DNA of 64,000 nucleotides from an uncultured Collinsella sp. Its GTDB lineage: Bacteria > Actinomycetota > Coriobacteriia > Coriobacteriales > Coriobacteriaceae. Below, piece after piece: positions 47,212 through 56,568 of this stretch. The notes under the pieces are model-generated. The model had not been told where the DNA came from and did no database searches. It saw only the letters and a list, made by a program, of their open reading frames with translations. Each line of letters opens with the position of its first letter. Positions within the stretch are counted from its first letter, which is position 1. The stretch spans positions 5,411-69,410 of the forward strand of contig CAJMHR010000003.1 of assembly GCA_905213265.1 (NCBI GenBank), in the 5' to 3' direction. Both the position numbers and the translations under genes were made by a program.

Positions 47212-47509
47212 TTAGTTGCTCCCTTCGGTGAGCATGTGGTCTTCGTCTTCAATGGGGTCGTAGATTTCGCCGGTCTCGGCGTCCACGTTGGCGGGGCGCT
47301 CATCGTCAAACGGCAGCGGCTCGGCCTCGTACTCGTTGCCGAAGTCAAGCTCCTGCTGCTCGCTCTCGATGGTCAGAACCACGGTGCGGCCCGCCTGCTT
47401 GATGACGTCGAAGGCACCAGCCGCTTCGGTAAGCACCTCGAGCTGAAGGACGGCGACGCCGCCCTTGACCGTGGCCTGCTTGAAATGGGCCTTGATGGTG
47501 GTGTTCATC
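47212..47509 (-). CDS. Hypothetical acidic phage protein
   Basis: 98 aa from MNTTIKAHF with an AGGAGG RBS. Confidence 0.35.
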
Positions 47510-47965
47510 TGGCCTCCTTCTCGTATTTCTCGCTGTAGTACTCGACGCGCACCCGGATAAGGCACTCGTCGCTGTAGGGGGTTCTGGGGTCGAAGGTCAC
47601 GCCGAGCTGCGTGATCTGGCAGTCATCGCGGTAGGCCAGCCCGTTCAGGCTGTCGCAGATGACCTTGGCCAAGTTGTCCGCATCCGGCTTCATGAGGTCG
47701 GGACGCCCCGCCCAGTACTTGGGGTTGCTCTTGGCCAAGGGGCGCTGAACCTCGATGAACACGCGCACCTCGGTGGCGAAGTCCTTCCAGCGGTCGCCCG
47801 CTGCGGCCTCCCACTGGCGCTTGATGGACTTCTCGGCGTGCCGGGTCTTGTCCGGCGTGTAGGTGCGGAAGCGCTTCGTGTCGAACTTCGGTCGCTGCTT
47901 GGTGGGAACCTCCGGAAAGCACATGACGCACTCGGCCACGCCGACGCGCTTGGTCTTCCAGCTCA
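47505..47965 (-). CDS. rusA: RusA-family Holliday junction resolvase
   Basis: KPDADNLAKVICDSLNGLAYRDDCQI is the canonical RusA catalytic Asp motif. Confidence 0.75.
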
Positions 47966-48288
47966 TCGGAGCACCGCCGTCGTGTAGCCGTCGGCGTCGC
48001 TGCGCGCGACCCTCATGCGGATGGTCTTGTCCTGCTCCATGGCGATGCGTGCGAGGTACGGCGCGAGGTGGTTGGGCAGCTCGATGCTGAACTTGATGCG
48101 CATGCCGTAGAGCGCGCGGTTGGGGCTTGCCTTGCCGTCGTGGGTGCGGGCGCACTCCGCGCGGGCGTTGTCCTTGTACCATCCGAACTCGACGGGATGG
48201 GCCTTCACCCAAGCCCTAGCGTCAGCCATCCGCTGCTCGCCCTTGGGGTCTAGCCCCGGAAGGGCCATCTGGTTGTCCGGGGTCTCCA
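47963..48288 (-). CDS. Hypothetical phage protein
   Basis: 108 aa from METPDNQ (GAGGAAG RBS). The longer ORF upstream overlaps the neighbour. Confidence 0.35.
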
Positions 48289-48294
48289 TCTTCC

Positions 48295-48576
48295 TCATGC
48301 GACCATCCCCTGTGCGGTCGCAACCGCAGCGTCCATGGTGGGGATGACCCAGAGCCACAGGATCAGCCCGCACACGAGCGCCGCGACGCCGATGCCCAGA
48401 AGAAGCCCGGCCTTGAACGCCCGCATCTGGTTTTCCCGCTCGATTTCGGCAGGTATGCGCATCGTATGAGCCGGCATGCGCGTCTGGCGTGTTACGCTGT
48501 TCGTGGCCTGTCGGCCGTTCCGGGCGCTCAAGTTGTGGTAGACGGGGGTGCCCGGATATTTCTTTTGCTTGGTCAC
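48295..48576 (-). CDS. Small membrane protein
   Basis: 93 aa with a C-terminal TM helix (AGLLLGIGVAALVCGLILWLWVI). Confidence 0.35.
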   Translation of the reverse strand: MTKQKKYPGTPVYHNLSARNGRQATNSVTRQTRMPAHTMRIPAEIERENQMRAFKAGLLLGIGVAALVCGLILWLWVIPTMDAAVATAQGMVA

Positions 48577-48618
48577 GTTCTCTCCTTTCCGATGTTTCCG
48601 CAGGTAACTGAACGGTTC

Positions 48619-48984
48619 TCATTTACTTCTCAGTTTCTTGAGCGTTTTCTTGTGCCTATGCTTGGCGCTGTATAGGCGCTGGCGCTCGCGGTTGACCCTC
48701 TCCTCCCGCCTCACCTCCTCTTCCAACTCGCGCACCTCTTCCGCGATCTCCTCGTTCCGCAGCTCCTTCGAGCAGGACGCGCACCACCCCGTCTTCGGGG
48801 AGAGAGGCTTCCTGACGCGCATGCCGCACTTCGGGCACTGCCAGACCTTGCGGAGGGAGATTCCGTATCGGCTGGCCTGAACCTCGACGGCGTGGGGCGA
48901 GCACCCTAGGGCCTCGGCTACTGCCTCCGCCCCCTCGTCTGCGTGGTCGCTGAGGTACTTGAGCTTTTTGGTGGTCCACTTCAC
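48619..48984 (-). CDS. Hypothetical HTH/zinc-ribbon protein
   Basis: CPKCGMRVRK...CASCSKEL Cys4 motif. Basic coiled-coil C-terminus. Confidence 0.4.
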   Translation of the reverse strand: MKWTTKKLKYLSDHADEGAEAVAEALGCSPHAVEVQASRYGISLRKVWQCPKCGMRVRKPLSPKTGWCASCSKELRNEEIAEEVRELEEEVRREERVNRERQRLYSAKHRHKKTLKKLRSK

Positions 48985-49079
48985 CTGACCGGCTCACCTT
49001 CTTCGAGCCACCTCAGGTAGAGCGCAATGAGGGCTTCGCGCATGTACTCGATGCGTTCGCTTGATTCCATGGCGAGTTC

Positions 49080-49295
49080 CTAGCAAGGCAGCTGAACGAC
49101 CGCGAGCTGATAGAACTCGTCAAGGGACATGCCGAGGGCGCGCGACAGGTTGAAAGCCTCTGAAAGGCTGAACTCATTCGAGCCGCGCATCTTGTTAAAC
49201 AACGAAGAACGGCTCATGCCGAGCTTGTCGGCAAAAGCTCCCATCGTCATCTGGTTGGCCTCGACATACTGGCCTACCTTCTCTTGCAGGGTCAT
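49080..49295 (-). CDS. Cro-like XRE-family HTH regulator
   Basis: 71 aa from MTLQEKVGQY (AGGAGAAG RBS). MGAFADKLGMSRSSLFNKMRG is an HTH. Confidence 0.65.
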   Translation of the reverse strand: MTLQEKVGQYVEANQMTMGAFADKLGMSRSSLFNKMRGSNEFSLSEAFNLSRALGMSLDEFYQLAVVQLPC

Positions 49296-49299
49296 GCTT

Positions 49300-49372
49300 C
49301 TCCTTTCTCTCGCGTACAAAACTTTGTACGCCCTTTAGTATTGTACAAAGTTTTGCACCGTGCAATACTTTG
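49300..49372. promoter_or_regulatory. Genetic-switch operator region with two to three palindromic GTACAAA-n2-TTTGTAC sites between the divergent cro-like and cI-like genes
   Basis: GTACAAAACTTTGTAC, GTACAAAGTTTTGCAC, CAATACTTTGTAC. Confidence 0.6.
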
Positions 49373-49408
49373 TACGTGTAAATAATTGGACTCTAGGAGA
49401 GGCGTGTA

Positions 49409-49633
49409 ATGGAGTACCGGGATGTGCTAGCGCACTACCTTGAGCAGAAGGGGATGACGCCCGCCGAGCTTGCGCACGCCATTGGCTCGCCACGGTCTAC
49501 GATCAACGCGCTTTTGAAGGGAAGGGCAAAGGAGCCAACGCTGGGAAAAGCGAAGGCTATAGCAGACGCCCTTGGTGTTTCTCTTGAGGAGATGGCGCAA
49601 ATGACATACGGCGGTGATGGCAAAGATGCTTGA
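49409..49633 (+). CDS. cI-like XRE-family HTH repressor
   Basis: 74 aa. MTPAELAHAIGSPRSTINALLKG is an HTH. Divergent from cro. Confidence 0.6.
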   Translation: MEYRDVLAHYLEQKGMTPAELAHAIGSPRSTINALLKGRAKEPTLGKAKAIADALGVSLEEMAQMTYGGDGKDA

Positions 49634-50072
49634 TGAAAAGTTCGCAGTTGAGTGGTGGTTTGAGGACAAAAGCCCTTGGGTCAATTGTGGTGATCGCCTG
49701 TTTGAAAGCAGCTGTACGAGGTCTGTTTACGATGATGAGAGCAGAAGCTTTAGTGATGTGGTTGCCCTCGGCCTTTTTACGCCAGATAACGAGCTGGTTG
49801 GATATGTCCCTAAAGAACTAGAGGCTTCAGCACGAGACGCAATGTCATCAGGCCTTGAAACGGTCGTTGTTGAGGAATACGACGGTGAGCTGAACTATGC
49901 CCCTGTTGTTCGCATGACAGACTCAGAAGCAAGAAGCGCCGAGCTAAAGCAAAGTGAAGACGCTTCAAAGAAAGGCACCAGAAGCGCTTATCTTTTTGCC
50001 GCGCTTGTCACCCTTGCCATATGCGCCGTTATCGGAGTTGTTCTTGGGAACCTGATAAGCGCCATAGGATAA
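49614..50072 (+). CDS. Hypothetical membrane-anchored protein between the repressor and the integrase
   Basis: 152 aa with a C-terminal TM (AYLFAALVTLAICAVIGVVLGNLI). Moron position. Confidence 0.4.
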   Translation: MMAKMLDEKFAVEWWFEDKSPWVNCGDRLFESSCTRSVYDDESRSFSDVVALGLFTPDNELVGYVPKELEASARDAMSSGLETVVVEEYDGELNYAPVVRMTDSEARSAELKQSEDASKKGTRSAYLFAALVTLAICAVIGVVLGNLISAIG

Positions 50073-50140
50073 AACGAAAGCCCCGGTGCGTCCGCCAAGA
50101 CACATCACCGGGGCTGCAAACAAAGGCCTCGAAAGGAGGC

Positions 50141-51595
50141 ATGAACATTATGTCACAGAAGACCGCCGTTCTCTACGCGCGGTTCTCGTGCTCCAAGCAG
50201 CGCGAGGCGTCCATCGAAGACCAGCTGAGGGTCTGCCGTGACTGGTGCTCCCGCGAGGGCTACGCCATCGTCGCCGAGTACTGCGACTATGCGATTTCAG
50301 GGCGCACGGACGACCGCCCGCAGTTCCAGAAGATGATCGCCAACGCGGGTGAGTCAGACATCGTCCTCGTCTACATGATGGACAGGTTCAGCCGCGATCC
50401 GTTCGACGCCCCCATATACAAGCGCGAGCTTCAGGCCCACGGGGTGAAGCTGGTTTCCGCCCTTGAGGCCATACCCGATTCCCCCGAGGGCATCATCTAC
50501 GAGAAGCTCCTTGAGGGCCTTGCCGCGTGCGAGTCCCGCAAGACCTCGATACGCTCGCGCCGTGGCATGGAGGGCAACGCGCTTCAGTGCAAGACCAACG
50601 GCGTGCGGTGCTTCGGGTACCGGACGGGCGATGACGGGCGCTATGAGATCGTGCCGGAGGAGGCGGAGATAGTCCGCGAGGTCTTCCGTCGCAGGACGCA
50701 CGGCGAGTCCGTCAACTCGATAGCGATGGACTTGCGGCAGCGCGGCGTCGTGTCGAGGGCGGGCAACCCCATAAAGGACACGTTCGTGAACAACATGCTC
50801 CACAACGACAAGTACCGGGGCATCTACTCGTGGGGTGGGATAACCCAGAAGGACGGCATGCCGAGGATAATCAGCGAGGAGGTCTTCATGAAGGCTCAGA
50901 GGGTGAAGGGCAAGAAGCAGCGCCAGAACGAGCAGTGGGGGGACTTCGCGCTTTCCGGGCGCGTGATCTGCTCGGCGTGCGGGCGCAACATGCGCGGGGT
51001 GTCGGGGCGCGGCTCCTCGAAGCGGAAGTACGAGTACTACGCCTGCGGCAGCTGCAAAGAGGTGAAGCCCGTCCGCCGCGACTGGCTTGAGGGGCAGATC
51101 GTGAAGGCGCTGAGGGAGCTGCTGTCGCAGCCGGAGGAGGCGCGCAGAATCGCCGAGATGTGCGTTGACGGCGGTGAGCCTAAGGAGATAGCCGAGGGGC
51201 GCAAACGGGCCGCAGCGGCGCTGAGAGCCGCCCAGACGGGCCTTTCCAACATCCTCAAGGCGGTGGAGCAGGGCATCGTGGTTCCCGGAACCAAGGAGAG
51301 GGCCGAGGAGCTTGAGGCGCAGAAGGATCGCGCCGAGCGCGAGCTGGCCATGTACGACCGCAAGCGGATAGACCCGGAGAACTTCGCGCGGTTCCTTCAG
51401 TTCGGGGCCACGCTCACCGACGAGCTTCTCCTTGACGCCTTCGTGTATCAGGTGATGGTGTCGGACGATGCCGTTGTGGTGACGATGAACTTCGACGCAG
51501 AAAGCAACGAACCCGCAAGACTTGAGGTCTCACGGGTTCGTACTTTTTTCAAATGGTGCCCCCAGCGGGATTCGAACCCGCGATATCCACCTTGA
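50141..51595 (+). CDS. Large serine recombinase (phage integrase)
   Basis: N-terminal resolvase catalytic domain (AVLYARFSCSKQ), recombinase domain, zinc-ribbon (CSACGRN...YYACGSC) and coiled coil. A GGAGG RBS precedes it. The C-terminus overlaps the tRNA 3' end. Confidence 0.8.
   Translation: MNIMSQKTAVLYARFSCSKQREASIEDQLRVCRDWCSREGYAIVAEYCDYAISGRTDDRPQFQKMIANAGESDIVLVYMMDRFSRDPFDAPIYKRELQAHGVKLVSALEAIPDSPEGIIYEKLLEGLAACESRKTSIRSRRGMEGNALQCKTNGVRCFGYRTGDDGRYEIVPEEAEIVREVFRRRTHGESVNSIAMDLRQRGVVSRAGNPIKDTFVNNMLHNDKYRGIYSWGGITQKDGMPRIISEEVFMKAQRVKGKKQRQNEQWGDFALSGRVICSACGRNMRGVSGRGSSKRKYEYYACGSCKEVKPVRRDWLEGQIVKALRELLSQPEEARRIAEMCVDGGEPKEIAEGRKRAAAALRAAQTGLSNILKAVEQGIVVPGTKERAEELEAQKDRAERELAMYDRKRIDPENFARFLQFGATLTDELLLDAFVYQVMVSDDAVVVTMNFDAESNEPARLEVSRVRTFFKWCPQRDSNPRYPP
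51551..51573. repeat. attR: a 23-bp direct repeat identical to attL
   Basis: TCAAATGGTGCCCCCAGCGGGAT. Confidence 0.75.
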
Positions 51596-51632
51596 AAGGG
51601 TGGCGTCCTTGGCCGCTAGACGATGGGGACAG
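51556..51632 (-). tRNA. tRNA-Glu (anticodon UUC)
   Basis: GTCCCCATCGTCTAGCGGCCAAGGACGCCACCCTTTCAAGGTGGATATCGCGGGTTCGAATCCCGCTGGGGGCACCA. 7-bp acceptor stem, anticodon loop CTTTCAA, T-loop GGTTCGAATCC, encoded CCA. Confidence 0.85.
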
Positions 51633-51728
51633 CGGGAAAGAGTATAGCAGACTTTTTTAGCCGTTCACATATCGTTGGCAAACTGAAAAACCACCACAAA
51701 GGTGCCTGTCCCCTGTGGTGGTGGGGTG

Positions 51729-53906
51729 CTAGGGGAGGAGCTTCATGGCGGCGTCGTGGGCGGCGTGCTCGTAGGCGTCGTCGAGAGGCTTGAGCGGCAG
51801 CAGGGCGTTGGCCTGCGCGTCGCCACGGCGCTCGAGGGCGTGCGCGATCAGCCAGTCGGCGAGCTCGGGGTTCTTGGGTAGTGCCGGTCCGTGCAGGTAC
51901 GTGCCGATGACGCTCTTGTAGATGAGGCCCTCAAGGCCATCATCGCCGTTGTTGCCGGTGCCCGTGACGACGGACGTTCCGAGCGGCGTGGCATCGGCGT
52001 CCAAAAGCGTGCGGCCGCCATGGTTCTCGAATCCCACAAAGGGCTCAGGTGCCAGGTCGGTTTTGACGGCTACGTTGCCGATCAGGCGGTCGGAGCCGCG
52101 TACGGTTTCGGCGGCAATGACCCCCAGACCCTCGATGCGATCCTCGCCCATATAGTACGAACGGCCGAGCAGCTGATAGCTGCCACAGATGGCAAGCAGC
52201 GAGCCGCCATCCTCAACATAGGCCGCGACCTTGTCTTTTTGGGCGAGCAGCTCGTGTGCCACGGCTAGCTGGTCGCGGTCGGAGCCGCCACCCATCATGA
52301 CGATGTCGGCGTCGGTGAGATCGAGCGCCTCGCCCATGCGGACCTCGTCCACGCGCACGGGAATGCCACGCCAGGCGCAACGGCGCTCGAGCGCGATAAC
52401 ATTGCCGCCGTCGCCGTAGAGGTTAAGGGCATCGGGATACAGGTAGACGATGCGCAGCGGGCGCGAAAGCTCGACTGGCGCGATGCTGACAGGAAGAGCG
52501 CTGCCGTCGGCACGGGCTACGGCGCGCCCGGCAACAGCGTCGGCGGTGGCGCCTTTCAGCCCGTCGAGCTCCTTGACCAGCGGCGGGAAGGCCGTGTAGT
52601 TGGCGACGGCGTAGAAGGTGTCATCGGTGGCCTCGTCTGCCACGGCGCCAATTGCCTGCGCGACGTCCGAGATAATCGCGGCATCGATGCCGGCGTACTT
52701 GAGGCGCACCTGCATGTCGTGCGCGCGCGTGCCGCCGGCAAAGGCGACAAGACCCGGCGTGTCGGCGATGCGCTCAAAGTCGACGTCGTAGATCCACGAT
52801 ACATCGTGGCCGTCGGCATCGTTGTCGTTCAGGAAGAAGGCGCAGAGCCTGCCGCCCGCCGTCTTAATGGACTGGATCTGGCGATCGAAGCCCACGGGAT
52901 TCTTAGCCAGGTTGGCCTCGACGGTGCGGCCGGCGATATCCCAGCGGCCCATGCGTCCGCCGGCGGGGACGTAGGCATCGAGCGTGGGCTGCAGGTGCGC
53001 CATATCCACGCCTAACTCATGTGCGGCAAAGAATGCGGCGGCAACGTTGTAGACCATATATAAGCCGTTGTAGCGCGTGGCGATGTGCGCGGCTGGCGCG
53101 CTGGAATCAGATCCAAACACCAGGTCAAAGCCGTAACCGTCGCAGCCGAGTTCCACGTCCGTCACGCGACGGACCAGCGCGGGGCGACTCCAGCCGCACG
53201 AAGGACAATGATAGGCACCGAGCTGGCCGTACTGTACGTAGTCGTACTCCAGCGGTGCATTGCACTGTGAGCAAAAGCGCGAGTCGCTAATGCGGTCGGA
53301 CTCGGTGCCCGTGGCGCCGTCGATGCCAAAGGCGATGCTCGTGTTGGGGACGCGCGCGGCGATCGAGGTGCACAGCGGATCGTCGGCGTTGTAGATGAGC
53401 GTTGTCGTCGGAGAGAGCTCCAACGCATGGGCGATGACGTCTTGGGTATGGTCGATCTCGCCGTAGCGGTCTAGCTGGTCGCGGAACAGGTTGAGCAGCA
53501 CAAAGTACGTCGGTTTGAGCTTGGGCAGAACGCGTACGGTGTAGAGCTCGTCGCACTCAAAAACGCCCACGCGCTTGCCGCTGCTGGTGTGCTTAAGGCC
53601 GCCGCGGGCCTCGAGCAGAGCACCCACCACACCAGGCTCCATATTGTTGCCAGCGCGGTTGCATACCACGGTGGCGCCGCTGGCGGCAACGGCGTCGGCG
53701 ATGAGGTTGGAGGTGGTGGTCTTGCCATTAGTACCGGTGATCACCACGCTGCGGTCGACCAGGCTCGCGAGGTCGCTCAGCAACTCGGGGTCGATCTTCA
53801 TGGCGATGCGGCCGGGGAGTACGCCGCCCTGGCGCTTAAGGACAGAGCGCAGCCCCCAGCGAGCGATATCACTCGAGGTGCAGGCAAGAGATGAGCGGAG
53901 GTTCAT
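51729..53906 (-). CDS. Fused MurT-GatD lipid II isoglutaminyl synthase (Mur-ligase domain plus CobQ-type glutamine amidotransferase)
   Basis: N-terminal ITGTNGKTTT (Mur ligase P-loop) and a CxxC...C zinc ribbon (HCPSCGW). The C-terminal 240 aa are GatD-like, with ICGSYQ (catalytic Cys) and YLHGP. Confidence 0.65.
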   Translation of the reverse strand: MNLRSSLACTSSDIARWGLRSVLKRQGGVLPGRIAMKIDPELLSDLASLVDRSVVITGTNGKTTTSNLIADAVAASGATVVCNRAGNNMEPGVVGALLEARGGLKHTSSGKRVGVFECDELYTVRVLPKLKPTYFVLLNLFRDQLDRYGEIDHTQDVIAHALELSPTTTLIYNADDPLCTSIAARVPNTSIAFGIDGATGTESDRISDSRFCSQCNAPLEYDYVQYGQLGAYHCPSCGWSRPALVRRVTDVELGCDGYGFDLVFGSDSSAPAAHIATRYNGLYMVYNVAAAFFAAHELGVDMAHLQPTLDAYVPAGGRMGRWDIAGRTVEANLAKNPVGFDRQIQSIKTAGGRLCAFFLNDNDADGHDVSWIYDVDFERIADTPGLVAFAGGTRAHDMQVRLKYAGIDAAIISDVAQAIGAVADEATDDTFYAVANYTAFPPLVKELDGLKGATADAVAGRAVARADGSALPVSIAPVELSRPLRIVYLYPDALNLYGDGGNVIALERRCAWRGIPVRVDEVRMGEALDLTDADIVMMGGGSDRDQLAVAHELLAQKDKVAAYVEDGGSLLAICGSYQLLGRSYYMGEDRIEGLGVIAAETVRGSDRLIGNVAVKTDLAPEPFVGFENHGGRTLLDADATPLGTSVVTGTGNNGDDGLEGLIYKSVIGTYLHGPALPKNPELADWLIAHALERRGDAQANALLPLKPLDDAYEHAAHDAAMKLLP

Positions 53907-53951
53907 GAAACCGTTCCTAACGTAAACGACATGGTCGGGTCGAGTGCGTCA

Positions 53952-54995
53952 CTAGAATCCGTAGCGGCGCGCAAATTCCTGGGCGAGCTGCGATACATCT
54001 TCGCAGGCGTTGGCCCAGGGGGCAAAGTCGGGGGTGTCCGAGATAATGCCGTCGGCCTCCCAAACTGCCTGGTGCGAAAGGTCCCAGGGGTCGCGCGGCT
54101 CGGGTCGGCAGGGAAGATACGGCGTCTGGTACATGGGGTTCAGCAAGAAGAACGCGCCACCCTCGCAACGGTTAGCGAACTCACGCAGCGCGCGCGTCGC
54201 CGGGCGCATCTTGTTCGTTTTGAACAGCAAGATCGTGCGGGCGAGCAGGTACCAAGGAGAGTTTTCGAGTGCGTCTGCCCCCATCTGCTCCTCGAGCTGG
54301 TGGGCCAGGGCAAAAAAGCCGTCCTGGTCTTCTAGGCGGGCGAGGGCGAGCAGCACGGTGCCGGCGGCCCGGGTGGGATAGCCTTCCGCCTTAAGAACGC
54401 GGCGAGCATAGTTGGCGGCAGCACGGTAGCGGGCGCTCGCCATGCACAGCTGCGAGATGGCCTCGAGCGTGTGGAGCCACCCGATAAGGGCCGGCTCGCT
54501 TACGGTGAGGTCTGCTGCGGTGACACCGTCGGCCAAAACATTATTGGCCCAGTAGTGCGGGGCCTCCATATCAAACCCGGGCACGCCCTGTTGCAGGTAG
54601 TCGGCCGTGCTCGTCTCGAGCTTCATCAGGTCGCCCAGGCAGGCGTCGACGGGCGTGTCCGCCAAAATGATGGCGAGCAGCTGGGCATCGACGGCCAGCG
54701 CATCGATGCGGACGATCTTGAGCAGCTCATCACGCATATCGTCGAACAGGCGGTTGCGCGTCTGCTCAAACTCCTCGTCGCTGCCCATGTCCTCGATGCG
54801 ATGGAGCTCGTCGAGCAGGTGGCGATGAACACCGGCATAGGACAGCAGCGCCTGAGCATGCTCGGACTGCGCATACTTTTGGGGATTCGCGCTAATGTCG
54901 TTATGGACAAGCTCGCGTGCTGCATCGGTGAGCTCGGGGTGCGACGCCAGATAGGTGCGCTCCAGGTAGGCGGGGATGTAGACGCTCGGATCCAT
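53952..54995 (-). CDS. Hypothetical protein (paralog A)
   Basis: 347 aa helical protein. Its C-terminal region is similar to the downstream paralog. Confidence 0.4.
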   Translation of the reverse strand: MDPSVYIPAYLERTYLASHPELTDAARELVHNDISANPQKYAQSEHAQALLSYAGVHRHLLDELHRIEDMGSDEEFEQTRNRLFDDMRDELLKIVRIDALAVDAQLLAIILADTPVDACLGDLMKLETSTADYLQQGVPGFDMEAPHYWANNVLADGVTAADLTVSEPALIGWLHTLEAISQLCMASARYRAAANYARRVLKAEGYPTRAAGTVLLALARLEDQDGFFALAHQLEEQMGADALENSPWYLLARTILLFKTNKMRPATRALREFANRCEGGAFFLLNPMYQTPYLPCRPEPRDPWDLSHQAVWEADGIISDTPDFAPWANACEDVSQLAQEFARRYGF

Positions 54996-56070
54996 TAGAG
55001 GTCTCCTCCCTTAAACGGCAAGCCCTGCTCGGCCGCCCGCAGTATGCGCTCGTCGATCTGGGAGCGCACGATGTCGTTGGTGGCGACCCAGGCGGCAAAG
55101 CTGGCGTTGTCGGGCGCGCCCAGGCCCTCCTGCAGTACCGGCGTCGCCTCGGAGAGTGCAAGGACGAGCTCGTCGGTGGAGCCTGCACTCACGTTGACGC
55201 GGGCATAGACGCCATCGGGAAACTCGGTTTGGAAGTAGAGCGCCTCGGCTGCGTGCAGGCACGAGCGCGCAAGGATACGCAGGTAGTGCTCGGCACCCTC
55301 GTAGTCCAGCTCGCGCCAGGCTGCGCTCATCAGCGCGATGAGCGTCCACGGGTCCAAGTCGCGTTCTGCATCCTTGGGACGACGGCGCAGCGGCGTGTTG
55401 GCGAGATAGGGGACGGAGTGGGCAGAGCGAAAGCGCTTGAGCTCCTCAGCGGGGTATTCGAGCTTTGCCATGGCGAGCATTGCGGTGTGGCGGACGCCGG
55501 CAGGATCGTTGGGGGCAAAGTCGAGGCTGCGGTTTGCGGCTTCGAGCGACATGCGGTAGCGGCCGCTAATGAGCGCGCGCGATGCCAAGGCGGCAAGCCA
55601 GCGCAGGTAGGGACGGCGGGTCAGGTCGCCTGCGGCCTCGCGCTCGTAGGGGTCCTGCGCCGAGGCAATCTTGAGCGCCAGATCGTGCTCCACCTCGTCG
55701 CACTTGGACACCAGATATTGCACGTATTCCTCGTTGGAGTCAGCGGTGAGGGCGCACAACATGCGCTGCGCATCCCAGTTGGCCGGATCGAGTGCGGCGG
55801 CCTCGCGAAGCATGTTCTCGGCAGCGGCCTCTTCTTGCTCGGCCTGGGTATCGTCAGGGATAAAGGGAATGCGGTAGTCGACGGCCTCGACCACCTTGGC
55901 AATGAGATGCCCGGCGCGGTCGCGGTCGTGCACGATGAGCGGTGCGGGGTTGCGGGTGAATTGTTCCATCAGACGCTCTACGGCGGCAGCGTCGGTGAGC
56001 GGGATATTGTCGCGGCGCAAAGCCTCAAGAACGAGGCGATGGCAATCCTCTTGAATGGGATCGAATGCCA
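54995..56070 (-). CDS. Hypothetical protein (paralog B)
   Basis: About 358 aa from MAFDPIQEDC (GGAGG RBS). The stop/start is adjacent to paralog A. Confidence 0.4.
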
Positions 56071-56568
56071 TGGGGCCTCCTTTGCTGCGGTTAGGGTTCA
56101 AATATCTCTATATAAGGTTCTAGTTTACCCGCATGTGGCACACCGGGGGTGCCGCACTTGGACTTGCACCTTTGCACCACGAAGACGGATGTCGCACAAA
56201 TGTCGGCACCTTGGACGACCGAGTGGTATCACGGTGCCGCAAACGGTCGATTTTTGGCGGCGAACGGTGCATATTTTGGAGGGGCACGGTCCTGCCCGGG
56301 ATATGTAGTCAACCTTGATAAAACGTTTGCCCAGCTTGGGAGTATGGATGCCGCACAAGGGTCTTCAGGGATAGAAAAAACGTTTCATCATTGGCGGCTT
56401 TAGGTGAATAACTGACCAACCAGAACGGTAAAATAGTGTTTGTCTGAGCGTTGAGACGTTTAGACATCGCGCATTGTCATCGCCGGCAACGCGCAAACCG
56501 GTCCTAACGGAGCCAATTGGGTGCTCCGTTATATACGCAAGTCTAAGAGGGGCTTGTTTAGGAGGCAC

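Larger units (their letters stand above)
13581..51573. mobile_element. Integrated siphovirus-like prophage, ~38 kb. It has a serine integrase, a cI/Cro switch, replication, packaging, HK97-like head, tail, DGR and lysis modules.
   Basis: Contiguous phage gene order on the minus strand, bounded by 23-bp direct repeats at the tRNA-Glu 3' end. The integrase is adjacent to the tRNA. Confidence 0.85.
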
